NCBI GenBank assembly: GCA_011109175.1
Contig: RDEW01000038.1
Location: 429,155 to 493,154 of the forward strand
Reading direction: 5' to 3'
Length of the DNA: 64,000 bases
From: Dicyema japonicum
Lineage: Eukaryota; Animalia; Dicyemida
Shown: piece after piece, positions 25,150-36,899 of the stretch
Position numbering within the stretch: position 1 is the stretch's first letter
How the letters are laid out: each line of letters opens with the position of its first letter
Made by a program: the position numbers and the translations under genes
The notes under the pieces: model-generated
The model's input: only the letters and a program-made list of their open reading frames with translations
Database searches by the model: none
What the model was told of the DNA's origin: nothing

Positions 25150-26380
25150 CCTAAAATCTGGACGGTCGAAGGACTCACCAGCTTCGTACAGACCAATATC
25201 CTTCCTGTGTGCCACCTCCAAAATCCTGGATAAACTCATTCTCAATCAGATTAAACCTTACCTCCCAGACGTATTCTTCCTTCCAACATGGATTTAAGAA
25301 GGTTCGTTCGACAACAACCCACCTTACCTGCCTGACAAAATTTATCAAGGAAGGCCTTTAACGCATTATGTGTTCCATTGACATACAGAAGGCTTTTGAC
25401 TCAATACTAAGGAAACTGCTCACTAGGAAAATCTATGGCTATAACATTCCGAACAACCTGAAAATTTGGATAATTAACTTCCTCAACAGACGAAGAGGGA
25501 GAGTAATTTCCCATTCCATATCTTAAGTCACTAAATTTCTGCCGAACGGGGATCAAGGATCCCCCTCTTTCCGATTTTTTTCAACATATTCATGAACAAC
25601 ATGCCTTCCTACGGTTGCGACGATACCCCATTTTTTGCTTACGCTGACGACTTAATCCTGTGAACAAGAGTCAGTGCATCCACACAGCTTGGTACCCGCT
25701 TACAAGATTCACTGGATAACCTCAACTGTTGGCTTACGAGAAACCAACTAAACACAAGTCCTGAAAAGTCGTGCTCTATGATCTTTACTTCCAATAGAAG
25801 ATTGACTAATTCGGCGCCTCCATTGACACTAAATGGAAAACAACTTCCTCCACAAATTCAACAAAAATACTGGTCTCATATGACTCACTAATGGTCACAT
25901 AGACCCACTAATGACCTTCAACAAATATGTGAGCAACATAATTTCCTCTTCCCAGCGAAAATTAAACTTTGTAAAAACACTACTTGGAAACTACAAGAGA
26001 TGTTTCCACCCAATAGTAGATCATATCTACTCCCAATATATACTACCATCAATCAGCTACTGCTGCGCGGCATGGGGCACTAATCTATCCCATACCAACC
26101 TAAAGAAAGTAAACTCTTTCCAAGAGACAGTAACGGAAACCTAACAGAGATCCTCTTCACCACTAAAGCCAACTCCGTTCGAAGAACTCTTGAGGAGAAC
26201 GGGAACCCAGCCAAAACCTCTAAACTTCCGAAAAGTGTTTCGTCCATGTAGGAAGTTTGTCGGCACTCGGGAGGAACACCGAGGAAAGATGAGGCGGGTG
26301 CTCAAAGGGGCCGGAATCACCTGACGGACCTTCCTTTGTTTTGTCGGTGATTCTTGGTTTTTAAATTAAAATTAAAAAAA
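25150..26380 (+). mobile_element. I/Jockey-like non-LTR retrotransposon, RT to 3' end, degenerate
   Basis: YRPISFLC, QHGFKKVRST, DIQKAFDS, QGSP...FFNIFM, FAYADDLIL, ILPSISYCCAAWG; A-rich tail at ~26366-26380. Confidence 0.75.
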
Positions 26381-26499
26381 AGTACCCAGATATTTCAAAT
26401 TCCCAAAATATCCAAATTCTCAAATTGGCCACAAATAGTTCAGGAACAATTTTGGGGCAATTTAAGGAACTTTACTGTATTAAAATTACAAATCCATTA

Positions 26500-27310
26500 T
26501 GTCTATTGAAGTCCCCGAAGAACGCCAGAAGTGACTGGAAAAGATAGCGGGATTTTCAGATTGGAGTTTAAAGAAAAGTCAGATAAAATCTCTTCCATTG
26601 AAGAGACTAATTTGTCCTGTCCTTTCGGGGAAGGAAATCATAAGTAGACCGAAAACCAAGAGAGGCTTTCGGTAATTTTTTTAAAAGAATTTGCAGACAT
26701 GGATTGAAGAAGCCGAACTTTTGGCATACATGGAAAAACTTTTTCTAACCACTGAGTTGGTAAAACGTCTTTTTAGAGATCGAATCGATGAGAAGAGAAA
26801 ACCGTAATTCCTCACGTTACCTGGATACAAGCAGGACGTCATGACCAAAAATCGACCTTTAACTATGATATTACGACAGAAAAGTCAACTGTAGATAATG
26901 AATACACGGAGGAGAAGCAAAAATAGGTCCTGATGGGAACCTATTCCGCGAGTTTCTGAAAGAAAATCAAGAGAATTAACGTTTGTGATTAACTGCTTGT
27001 ATGAAGAGAGTGGTAAATTGAATTTTGATTTACTGAACGTGGTGGCTCTGGATTTGAAGAAATCAGGCTGCCAAGTCAGCTCGTTGTAGCTCTCAAAGGT
27101 TCATTGTATATGGATGAACCTATATTTTTACGGAAAATCAAAGTTTATCATGGTGATTGGACGGCTTGCAGGACTACTGAAGGAGTAACCAGAATGTCAC
27201 GATTGCTTTAGAAAATTGCGCTCACAATCATAATTGGTAACTCCTATTGCGTACTTAATGCCCACAGGCTATAATGGAGACTATATTTCTAATTGCCCCG
27301 TCAGATAAGT
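26500..27310 (+). pseudogene. Possible decayed DEAD-box helicase pseudogene
   Basis: Stop-riddled frame IAGFSDWSLKK...PVLSGKEIISRPKT resembles the Q motif and motif I; QK*VLMGTYSASF resembles Q-x-L-x-F-SAT. Diagnostic DEAD and HRIGR motifs are not recognisable. Confidence 0.3.
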
Positions 27311-27389
27311 CTTCCACGAAATTTATACTAAAAGACTTTTCCCTTTAGAGTCATTTTTGTTAGAACTGTAGACAGAAATTTTTTATTTT

Positions 27390-29040
27390 ATATTATTATA
27401 ACTAGTAAAGTAACTAATTAAGCAAATTTTGATCCAGATTGTTGGTAATTCCTTTTCTCTTAGAAGAAGAGTGTGCCATAAACCATAAACTCATGTTACT
27501 CTCCATATCAGATTCAGTCAAAATATCTCCGTTAGAGTCCAGTGGGCTGTCTTCACGGCATGCCAGTTCCACAAGTTGGGAGGTAGCAGAGGCGTACTCT
27601 TCATCGTATACCCTCATCCCATGCTTATGTTCAATGAGCATACTTTCGAGCGTTCTCTTCAGAACAACCGATTGGATGTAAGTCCTCGTTGATTCCATAT
27701 GATTCTTGAAGCATCTTGAGACAACTCCATCCCATGTCAAAACCACTGGAATAATCTTCACTTGGCATTCATAGAGCAGCGAAAGTTCATTTGCTAGCAA
27801 GTCATATTTGTGAAGTTTCTCAACTTCAACTTGCTTTAGTCTGTCTTGTGAGGTAATCCCCACTTCAATTAAAGTTACTTCCTTCTTAGTTTTGGCATGC
27901 ACAAAAATATCAGGTTTATTGTATTGTACTTTTGTTTCTGTCATATTTGACGTGTCAATTCTAATTTCGACATTTTGATTCGTCAATATGGACTGAACCG
28001 AATGTCCATTCAATTTTCTGCTTTTTTTGATTTTATAAATTCGACAAATATGAAAATGGATGTACTTTACTACTTCATTATGTCTTCGGAGATAATCACT
28101 ATTTAGCATTTTACCACACTGAGTGGCCAAATGATCAACAGTTTTCTTGCTTTTTTACAATGGTTGCAAATTGAACCCGTGTGTGCGAAAAACAAATTCC
28201 TATCTTGAAAAAGACAGTACAATGCTTCGCTCCGTGGGCCGTTATTTCCCTTGGATAACCATTCCAAGGAAGTATATAGGTCGACATTTGTTTCATCAAT
28301 ATATATAAACAAAATAGAGTGTAGTGTTCTGCAATAAATTTTATTTAATAAATATTACCTCTGAGTGTCCTTGAGGGACTTAATATCCATGCTTTCCTTG
28401 TCGGAAATTGCATATTTAGAGGCAAGAAATCCTCAATTGTAGCCAAGTGCCATTTTTTGTTTTTATTACTCGCAGAATCCCCGACCTTCGCAAACAACAG
28501 TCGACTGTTTTTCCAAACTTTTAAGAAACTGGAGGAGTATTAATTCGCTCTTAAACGAAATCGAGATAAGACTCTTCCAAAAGTCTTCCTGTCCAAATAC
28601 AGCCTCTCTTTATTTGCAGGTTTGAGGTGCAACTTGAGTGACGTAAGCAGTTGCCGTATTTGTTGGTCAATACATCAAATTAATGATGGTTAATATTAAT
28701 TATAATAGTTAGGGACATTGCGTATTCATTTATTGCACGAAATAAGTTCACAGAATTTAACTAAGTTTTTGAAAGCATGGTTATTCTCTTAACATTTTCA
28801 AGTATGGACTCCATAACTTTGTTTCTAAGAAGATTACTTCCCTCGTTTTCAAAAACACTTAAATATCGATATCCACTGACTCCTTCCAGAGTCTCACAAC
28901 ATGATAACGATTTTACATTAGAGACTGACTTTTCCGAATTCATCTTCAAGCCGGCAACATGAAAGAAATCGCGAACAAATTCCATCATTTTAATAACAGT
29001 ACCTTCTTTTAGCCCAAATATCTTTGTTAGAATCGTAGAC
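27390..29040 (-). mobile_element. R4/Dong-like non-LTR retrotransposon (RT C-terminus, CCHC, RLE endonuclease), 5'-truncated
   Basis: GYRYLSV, FQDRNLFFAHTGSICNHC, RRHNEVVKYIH, NKPDIFVHAKTKKEVTLIEVGITSQDRLKQVEVEKLHKYDLLA. Clearly related to 36900-40290. Confidence 0.8.
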
Positions 29041-29829
29041 AGAAATATTATAGTTTCTAATCAAATAAACTATCTTGCGTCTAGTAAAATGTGCCTTGAA
29101 ATTTTGATAATGACAATACATGAGTTAAAGTAAACCCGTAATATTCTCAGGAAGAAATATTTTTCATAATGCAAGTTCGGCAGTACAAAATGTACAGGAC
29201 GGTGGTCAACTGAGAGAAAATATGTTTTTTACTCTTGAGGTGAAAATCAAAATTAATCAGCCAATTTATCAATATCCAGTCAACAAGCTCTCCATAAACT
29301 ACATGGGAGACGAAGCATCTATAATCAATATTTCTAAGACATTGAGCCATTTTTGGTCTTCGATGTAAAGATCTTGTAATCCAGTTCCATCCTGATATTA
29401 TATTTTGTCGAGTTTATATGTTTTAGATAATTATTTAAATACCTCTTAATTTATCTACAACTTTAGAAAATATTGAGTTTTAACTCGAAAAAATACTGCA
29501 TTCTCAACTATTCAGAAAACTATGTAGAAGATGGATTTTCGATAAAATACCATTAGACTCTACTATCTCTTTCTATTCTATCAACTCTTCAAGCTTCGGA
29601 AACTTTGGAAACTTTAAAAGACTGTTGCGAGAATCTATCAGCTAAGTCCAGACACGAACTAAAACTGGCTAGAAATTGGTTAGAAAACACGTAAACTAGT
29701 ACACGAGGTTATATTCAAACAAAAAAAGGCCATTAACGATCCCGATCTCTCAATTGCCTTCACATTTGCAATTCCTGGCATCCCATCGTCTGTCTACATA
29801 TTCAATTTCATACAGTAGAGATAAGTCAC

Positions 29830-30520
29830 CATCACCATAAAGTCAACAATAATAAATATATAAGAAAAAGTGAATTACTGATTGACTAGTCACTCGAGTG
29901 TCTAATTAGTTTCAGGGTAGTGATGGCGATGCGGCTTACTCTACGAAACTAACCAAATTGAAAGAACTTGGAGTGTATCATCATTCAGAAGTAATAGGAT
30001 TATAGTTATGAATTAATTTATGCTGTTAATCATTTATAGAACACATTAATACATAAATTCATAAATTTTTTTGTCATTTATATAAATTACGAAAAGTAAG
30101 ATTATAGAAAATGTTTTCAATCATTTTGTTGTTTTGCGCTTCGAAATTTAAAAATGTAGATATATTAAGCCAATACGACTTGTTGAACAAAGTGCCAGGT
30201 ATAATGACGTTAATTTTTGTCAGAATAAGATGGTCTCCAAGTGATGTCTCATGTTAAGAATTTACCATTGAAATTGGACTATTTTAAAATAAAGGAAGCA
30301 CAATCTCATCTTACTAACAACTAATATCTCCTCTAACTAACTTTCATTTTATTTGGGTGGTTTTAATAATTTGAATTGTCAGTAATATCCTTATGTATTC
30401 ATTTCTTCTGTTTTTTATCCCAAGGGGTTTCTCAACTCCCCTCGTTTTCTGACCTCACAAATAAAAGTATAACTTACTAAGGACTTTTAAGTTCTATCAT
30501 TATTATGCCGAGAAATCATC
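29830..30520 (+). pseudogene. Decayed multi-copy gene family, 3' part with retained 25-nt intron and hydrophobic C-terminal segment
   Basis: Homologous to 49880-50540 and 60740-61230. GT-AG micro-intron at 30199-30223. Frame reads IIENVFNHFVVLRFEI...FHFIWVVLII with stops. Confidence 0.5.
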
Positions 30521-30829
30521 ACAATTAGTTAATTATAAAAAACCATGAAAAAAAACCTTTACAAAAGAACCATGGAACATGTAACTCTGACAAGAATGAC
30601 TAGTTTTTTATTGGAATATGATAACCAATTGTAGGAAAAGAACCAATGAATGTTTTTTTCATTTATATTAATTTTGTTGCTTGTGAGTAATTTAGACAAC
30701 CAGGTCTCGTAGTGAAGTACTAACTGATCATGGCTTTGGTATGAAAACAAAAAAAGAGTGAACTTTTGAATTGTTAGGTAGAAATAAAAGATATTCTATC
30801 AAATTCACTTAGTGACTTGATTTAAAATC

Positions 30830-31490
30830 TAACACCCCTCGATACAAAGATATAAGAAGCGTTGAGAAATATTAGATCTCTTGAATACTCAGTGTACATG
30901 ACATGTATTGAGAGTCATCAGCGAACAAATGGTGTCACATATTAACCTTTCAACCATAGCACCAACTCTATTACTTCATGATTATTGGGGTTTTCCTATC
31001 ATAAAAAATAATAAGTCTATAAAAATAGTACTTCCATGCCAATATTAAAGTATTTCGTTCACAAAATATATATGTCAATGTTCACAATTTGAAATAAATT
31101 TCATTGAAAAATCATATTTGGCTAGCAAGTGAGTTTTGGTCACAAAATAAAATGTGCCCAACTAAAACTCAACGACTTTTTTGATTGTGTTTTATGATGT
31201 ATTTTGATTATATTAACTAACCTAATTGTGAAATGAGATCAGATTATTCAAATTGGTCATCCAACTATTTGGTTTAGCTATATGATATTGACTAAACTTA
31301 CATCAACTTGTATGTTTTATTTTACCAATATTTTCAATATCTCTGATACACTGGTCAATTCACAATTTAAGAAGAAACCCTCGAGACAAGTTGTTGCCTA
31401 CAAATTTATCATTCAATCTTAAAAATACTAGATCTATAAAAGAAAATGACTTATATTCATTTACCAGTTAATCGATTGGTTAATTCCTCT
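30830..31490 (+). pseudogene. Decayed multi-copy gene family, middle part
   Basis: Shares GTATTGAGAGTCATC, GTCAATGTTCACAATTTGAAAT, GAGTTTTGGTCACAAAATAAAATG and ATTCAAATTGG blocks with 46860-47290, 50542-51210 and 62330-62974. Confidence 0.55.
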
Positions 31491-33504
31491 TTAACCCAAA
31501 TTGAAACAACTTGGAGCATCCATCATCTATCAGAAGCTTATGAGTTAATTATCGTCCAATTTAGGTATATCTAAGTTCCAAGGACGCATTCTTCTCAGAC
31601 ACCACGTCCATCCATATCCGCCATTGTAGGAACCCCTTCACTGGAGTAGAAAAAACAGATTTTTATGATGCTTAATAATTCCCTTGTTCCTCCTCTTGGA
31701 AGAATTATTATTAAAACACGTTCACAGAACCAAAGAATAATAAATTAACCAAGGTCACATATGATAAAATTGGTATCGGAAAAGTAGCTATACGCTCGTC
31801 CTTTAACCGTTACCAAGAAGTGATATAGTTATTTGATAAGGAATTGAGATTTGGTCAGTTCACTACAACATTTGTATGTAGTTTCCACCACGAGCAGGTA
31901 ATCCTCATGAAAATCATTGTATTCTACGCTTTGTCATTTCATAACATTTTACATCCAGTGTCTCATGGCTCTATTATTCGTCTTTCACTATAAAAAAGAA
32001 AAAATTTCACGTCAATTTTGAGGTTTATGACATCCGTGAATTTGAGTTGCTTAAACCATCCAACCAATTAACCACCTGGCTAGCTCATCTGCTGTTTAAA
32101 ATAAAGCTAATTGGATTTTCAAAATACTTGGCACATATTTAACATTAATTGGGTTATCAATAAATCGACATATTTAAAACAAATTAATTTCTATTTGTAG
32201 ATCATAAATGTGAGGTTCTTTGGAGGATTTCAATCGCAACTTGTCATGGGCTTTCGTCGGCAATTGGTCTTATGAAATCATTCCCAGCCAACCATAATAG
32301 CATTCTAAGTGTTCAGTGCACGACTTCTCTCCCTTACCAACCAACTACCGAAAAGTCGATTTGTTAATGGCTACTGGACGATCCCCAAGCTACCGTTTCC
32401 AGTTTTTTTCTTCTTTAATAGCATTCTGTTACTAGTTGATGTCCATGGTGAATTCACGGAAGAGATTGAGATTTTCAGTCTAAGGTAATAATTATAAAGT
32501 AACAGCTAGTGCAATTAATTTAATAATAATCAATATATTGCTATATAAATGGATAATTGTAGAATTTGCGAGGACAGGTGGCCTCATATTGATGTGGACT
32601 GTGTGGCTTGACTGAAATTAAGGCACACTTTTCATGTCAATAGAAAGGTCAGTAAGTCTTTGATATTTCAGTTTTATCCTAGAGTCGTGCAAATTTGGAG
32701 ATCTGTAAAGGAGGGCAATCATGGATTTCCTTACGAATTTATTTTATAGCCTAGTGATCACTCGATTACAGAGAAGATGAAATTTCACTGGATTAAAGGA
32801 GAAAGAAATATCCTCAGCAAACCAAGTGATTTTTTACGAATTCGAATTTGATTTTTTATTCACTCGTTTTGTTAGAAATTTCGAATATTAATAGTAGAGA
32901 TCATTTAGGATACTATTTTTAGCCCAAATTATTCTGAAGAAGGAAAGACAATTGATCACGATTTGGAGAAAGGATAAGCAGTTAACTCCTTTTAGATGCT
33001 GATTTCCAGCAATAACTGCAATATTGCTTAGATTGTGATTTATTTACTTTTGTTGTTAAAATTAGAAGGTTATTTTCGGTATTCTTTTCGTTCAAATTGA
33101 AAGATCTTGTGGGATCATCTGTCAGAAGCTGCACGTGTAAGGTGATAGTTATATAATTATGAGTTGTTGCTAATTTTTAAGATAAGTGTGGGTTGCACTG
33201 ATACTCTTGGTTTGACTCCATGCGGCATTATATTAGAATTCCGACAAGCATCGTCTCCCATGAAGAGAACAGGAGGATTATTAGTAGTTTTCGAACACTT
33301 TAATTGTAATAATGCGACTAGACAGTATTTGTGAAGGCATAAGGATGTATAAGGAGCTGGGACCGGTTTTAATAAAAGCCTATCAGCTGGTCAGACAGAC
33401 GATTGTAATTGTGATGTGGTTTTTGTACAAACTCATTTATTGTCTTCATGCTGATGTAAAGTTCTCCTTGGATTTCTCAATGTGCGGAGAATAAACGATC
33501 AACT

Positions 33505-33760
33505 AAAATATTTAATAGTGGTTAGGTGTCAGGCTAAAGTGACTTAGGTTACGGGTTCGATTCTCGATGCTGTTATCTGGTGGAAGGGTCCACGCATCTA
33601 CGATGCAAAAAGGGTTTGACGAGTGACGCCGTCATCAGTGGATATTCACTGCGGAATCGGATTGTCTAGAAAGGACCCACACACAAGAAAAAAAAGTGAA
33701 GATCATTCCTTGGTTCTACGATTAGTTAAAATTAAGTGTTCTTTACTTAAATAAAATGTC
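33505..33760 (+). mobile_element. tRNA-derived SINE, near full-length copy
   Basis: A box TAGTGGTTAGG (33516), B box GGTTCGATTC (33554), core CCACGCATCTACGATGC...GACGCCGTCATCAGTG...GGATTGTCT, A-rich tract and AATAAA tail. Confidence 0.65.
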
Positions 33761-34019
33761 CTGCCTATGCGGAGCTATAAATATTATGGCTCTCGTGAAA
33801 AGGCTGTTAAAAATTATATAAAGTTTAAAGTTTGAATTCTTCCAGTGAAGATCGATAAATGGAAAAACTCGTCAAGAATCGTTTTATCAAATAACAAAAA
33901 GATTATTATTTGTATTATTAAAAAATAAATGAATCTCAAGCTCTAAGACACTCAGTTAGAGCTTAGTCCTGTCAGTTCTCTTGGACTCTACTAAAGGGAA
34001 ATAATGAATATAGGAATTA

Positions 34020-34480
34020 TGTCGCACGCACTGTGAACAACCATGCACAATGTGCAACAAATAAACTCAGATAACTTTGAATTTATTTGTTACATCAAAA
34101 TTAATTATATTTTCTGAGCTTGGTTATGGAGTGCTGAGGTTAAAACTTCCATCTCATTGTCATTGTACATACAAATGATAAGCTTGTGATTTCCATTCGG
34201 ATCTGTAAGATACATTTTGTTGTTGATCATCATAAATTTTTGTAACAGACGAAATTTATTATACCTGTTGATACTTGTAAATGCTTGGTTTTTAATAGTG
34301 CGTTTGATTATTTCATATTCCTCATAACATTTTATGTAACCTCAGGTATCCTTATATTTAACAATATTTTCGCGAAAGTTCTATTATATTATCGAATGAC
34401 GTGGTGTGATTTTGACACATGACATTGATTGACAAATGATTTGTTGCACGTTGTCCATGGTGCTCACAGTGCGCGCGACA
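34020..34480 (-). mobile_element. Ginger2/Tdd-like non-autonomous DNA transposon (internally deleted)
   Basis: ~43-bp imperfect TIRs TGTCGCACGCACTGTGAAC...TGCAACAAAT / ATTTGTTGCA...GTGCGCGCGACA. Internal minus frame KCYEEYEIIKRTI...KFRLLQK...YL...KLII...EMEVLTSALH is homologous to the 55167 ORF. Confidence 0.7.
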
Positions 34481-34749
34481 AAATATGTTTGAAAATTACA
34501 ACTTTTTGACAAATTAATTAAACAAATCGGAAAACCCTGTATGAACGTCATGCAAATCAATTCAGAAATCTCTCACGTCATTCAAGCAACGTCAGTGAAC
34601 GCCACTGGCCGCATTTTCCCGGTTTTCAAGAGAGGGGCCCTTACTTTAATCTTTGTATCTCACTTTAACATAACAATATAAAAAATCAAAATTTCTCATA
34701 AAAATACTGTTGACAAATAACACTAATTTCCAGTCATTTTATTATAAAA

Positions 34750-36804
34750 TCAGTCAATTTCGACAAAATTCCTGAGCATGTCGAATTTATTAACAATTGA
34801 AGTGCATCCTATAATAATATTGATTCCTACAATCTCAACAAAAATGACCTTTTTTTCTACTCAGAAACCTAAGAGCGGCAATTTCCTGCATAGTGCATCC
34901 CCCAAAACATACACCATTACAGAAGACACACTATTTCCCCCATCACCGACATAAGCATTGTACTCTACGTTGCACTCACGTCCAAATGATGACAAGCTGG
35001 ACTGTTCATCTCCCAAAGAGTTCAAAAACTAAAGGTCACTCATTAAACTACTTCTTCCACGATTCTATAAATAATCGGAATGTAGCATCCATTAAATAGG
35101 TAGGAGACATCACTCATGTCCTTCCACAGTTCACTCTCGATCATTTTCTGTGAGGGAAGCTGGGATCATTAATCAACCGACCGAGTTTAGTTTCTTGGCG
35201 ATGTTCCGAAAAGGACAGGACGGCTTTACCAAATTGCTGACCAACCTCGATATTGAGGCCTTCCCGGACATGTTAACGGTAATTAACCCAGTCCGGGTAA
35301 GTTCTTCGAAGATGCTCAAATATTTGAATCCGTAGGTCTGAAATTGTCAAATATGACTCACGTGGCAAAAGGCTCTCACAATCGGCTCAATCTCGGCCTT
35401 CCAAACCACTCAGTTGTCTGGGATAGCAGTACCACTAGGGATAGCGCCAAATATTCGTCCATCTACCAGAGTAAAACTAGAATTAAACGTTTCTGTACAC
35501 GAGGTCTAACACATAGTCCACTATAACCGTCCTATCCGCGTCTTGGATTGTGGCTAAACTATCGAACCAAGTAAACTATGCTCAATAGAGAAAAGAACGT
35601 CGGGCTCAGAGATTATCTGCTGAATGTATTCACAGACACTCATATCTGAACATTAGTCGGCAAATACGCTGAACGAGCTGTCGTTGATCTTCCCGAAAGG
35701 CCCCCAGATCAGAGGCTACAAATTTTCTGAGTTCGTTCAGAGTAGTGGCAGACAAGTTTTTCTAAAATAGCCTGAAATTTTGAACCTCCATACTCGAGGA
35801 TAATATCTTGACTTTTCTAGAAAGTTCTAAAGTGACGTTATAAAAGTGGAAGTCGCAAAACTCTTCCAGGATCTAGAATGAGTCCCCATTTGACCTTATC
35901 TGGATTTGACAGGGAGAGATTACCTGCGACCAGAGCTGGCTGGTCAGCAGGAAGTGTAATGATGTCCTCCCCTCAAACCGAAGACCTCACAAAGAATCCC
36001 CCGTAGGTGATGTTTGTAGTGAAGGGAGTGACCAGATCCAGCTTTCTGTCTATCAAAAGAAGGTGGGAGATCAATCCAGGTGACTCAGAAGCCAAGTGTT
36101 GAAGTGAATTCTCCACAATCTAAAGTCAGCCAAAAGTTAACCCCAGAGATCTCCCCGAATGCGTGGATTTGGAAAAATGGGCCGAAGCAGCTTTGCAAGA
36201 CGTCGAGGGATCTTACCACAGTGTGGACCCAAGTCCAAACATTATCCTACATGTAATCAAACAGGACAACGAGAAAAGTTGAGTGGAAGAAATCAGTGAT
36301 TCCAAGGCTGAGGATGTCCTTTCCAAGTGGAATGAGTCCGATGAAGGCTGAGACGAGTTCCACGTCTTCTATCAGTCCATTTCGGGCTAGTAGCTCCTCG
36401 CATTCGAAATTCTGGTAAAAAAGACGGTATTTACGATTTGCGGGACGAAAATTATGTTGTATTTTCGGTCAATTTCGACCATTTTGTCTGAAAGAATCTG
36501 ATCAATCACTTTTTTCAACGTTTTGGTCTCCCCGTTCGTGATGTAGACGAATCTTCATTTTGCGGAATTTTTACCTTCCACAAGAATTCTGAACAGGGGA
36601 TCCTAACTTGCAGATCTTTACCACACGGCATTCTTTCAAGGAACTAGCTGAAACAAGGATATCTATGCGTTTCATGAGGGATTCATCAATGAACAAAAAA
36701 TTTGAGTCATTTATCTGTTGATTGGAGTGTTAATGATTATTTACCTCTGACAAAATGCGAAGTAGTTCTTGTCTGGCTAAATATAGCAAAACTTGAAAAT
36801 CCAT
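34750..36804 (-). CDS. VPS33B: Sec1/Munc18-family protein VPS33B; 14 introns of 22-30 nt; frame anomalies at ~35964-35990 and ~35399
   Basis: Spliced product MDFQVLLYLARQELLRILSEI...KYNIIFVPQINFECEELLARNGLIEDV...LIPLGKDILSL...WVHTVVRSLDVLQSCFGPF...LLIDRKLDLVTP...HTYGFKYL...FRNIAKKLN...YIPIIYRIVEE...VLGGCTMQEIAALRFLSRKKG...FVEID*. Colinear with human VPS33B. Absent from the ORF track. Confidence 0.88.
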
Positions 36805-36899
36805 TAGTTTTTACACATCAATCAAATACGTATGTATTCAAATATTTGAATTTAATTTTAATGTAGATGGATAAATAATAAAAAAAAACATGAAACGTG

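Noticed and set aside
35100-36200. Stop-codon reassignment or massive pseudogenisation of VPS33B
   Set aside because: Nearly all apparent in-frame stops disappear once the 22-30 nt GT-AG introns are removed; TAA and TGA are used as normal terminators in the host genes.
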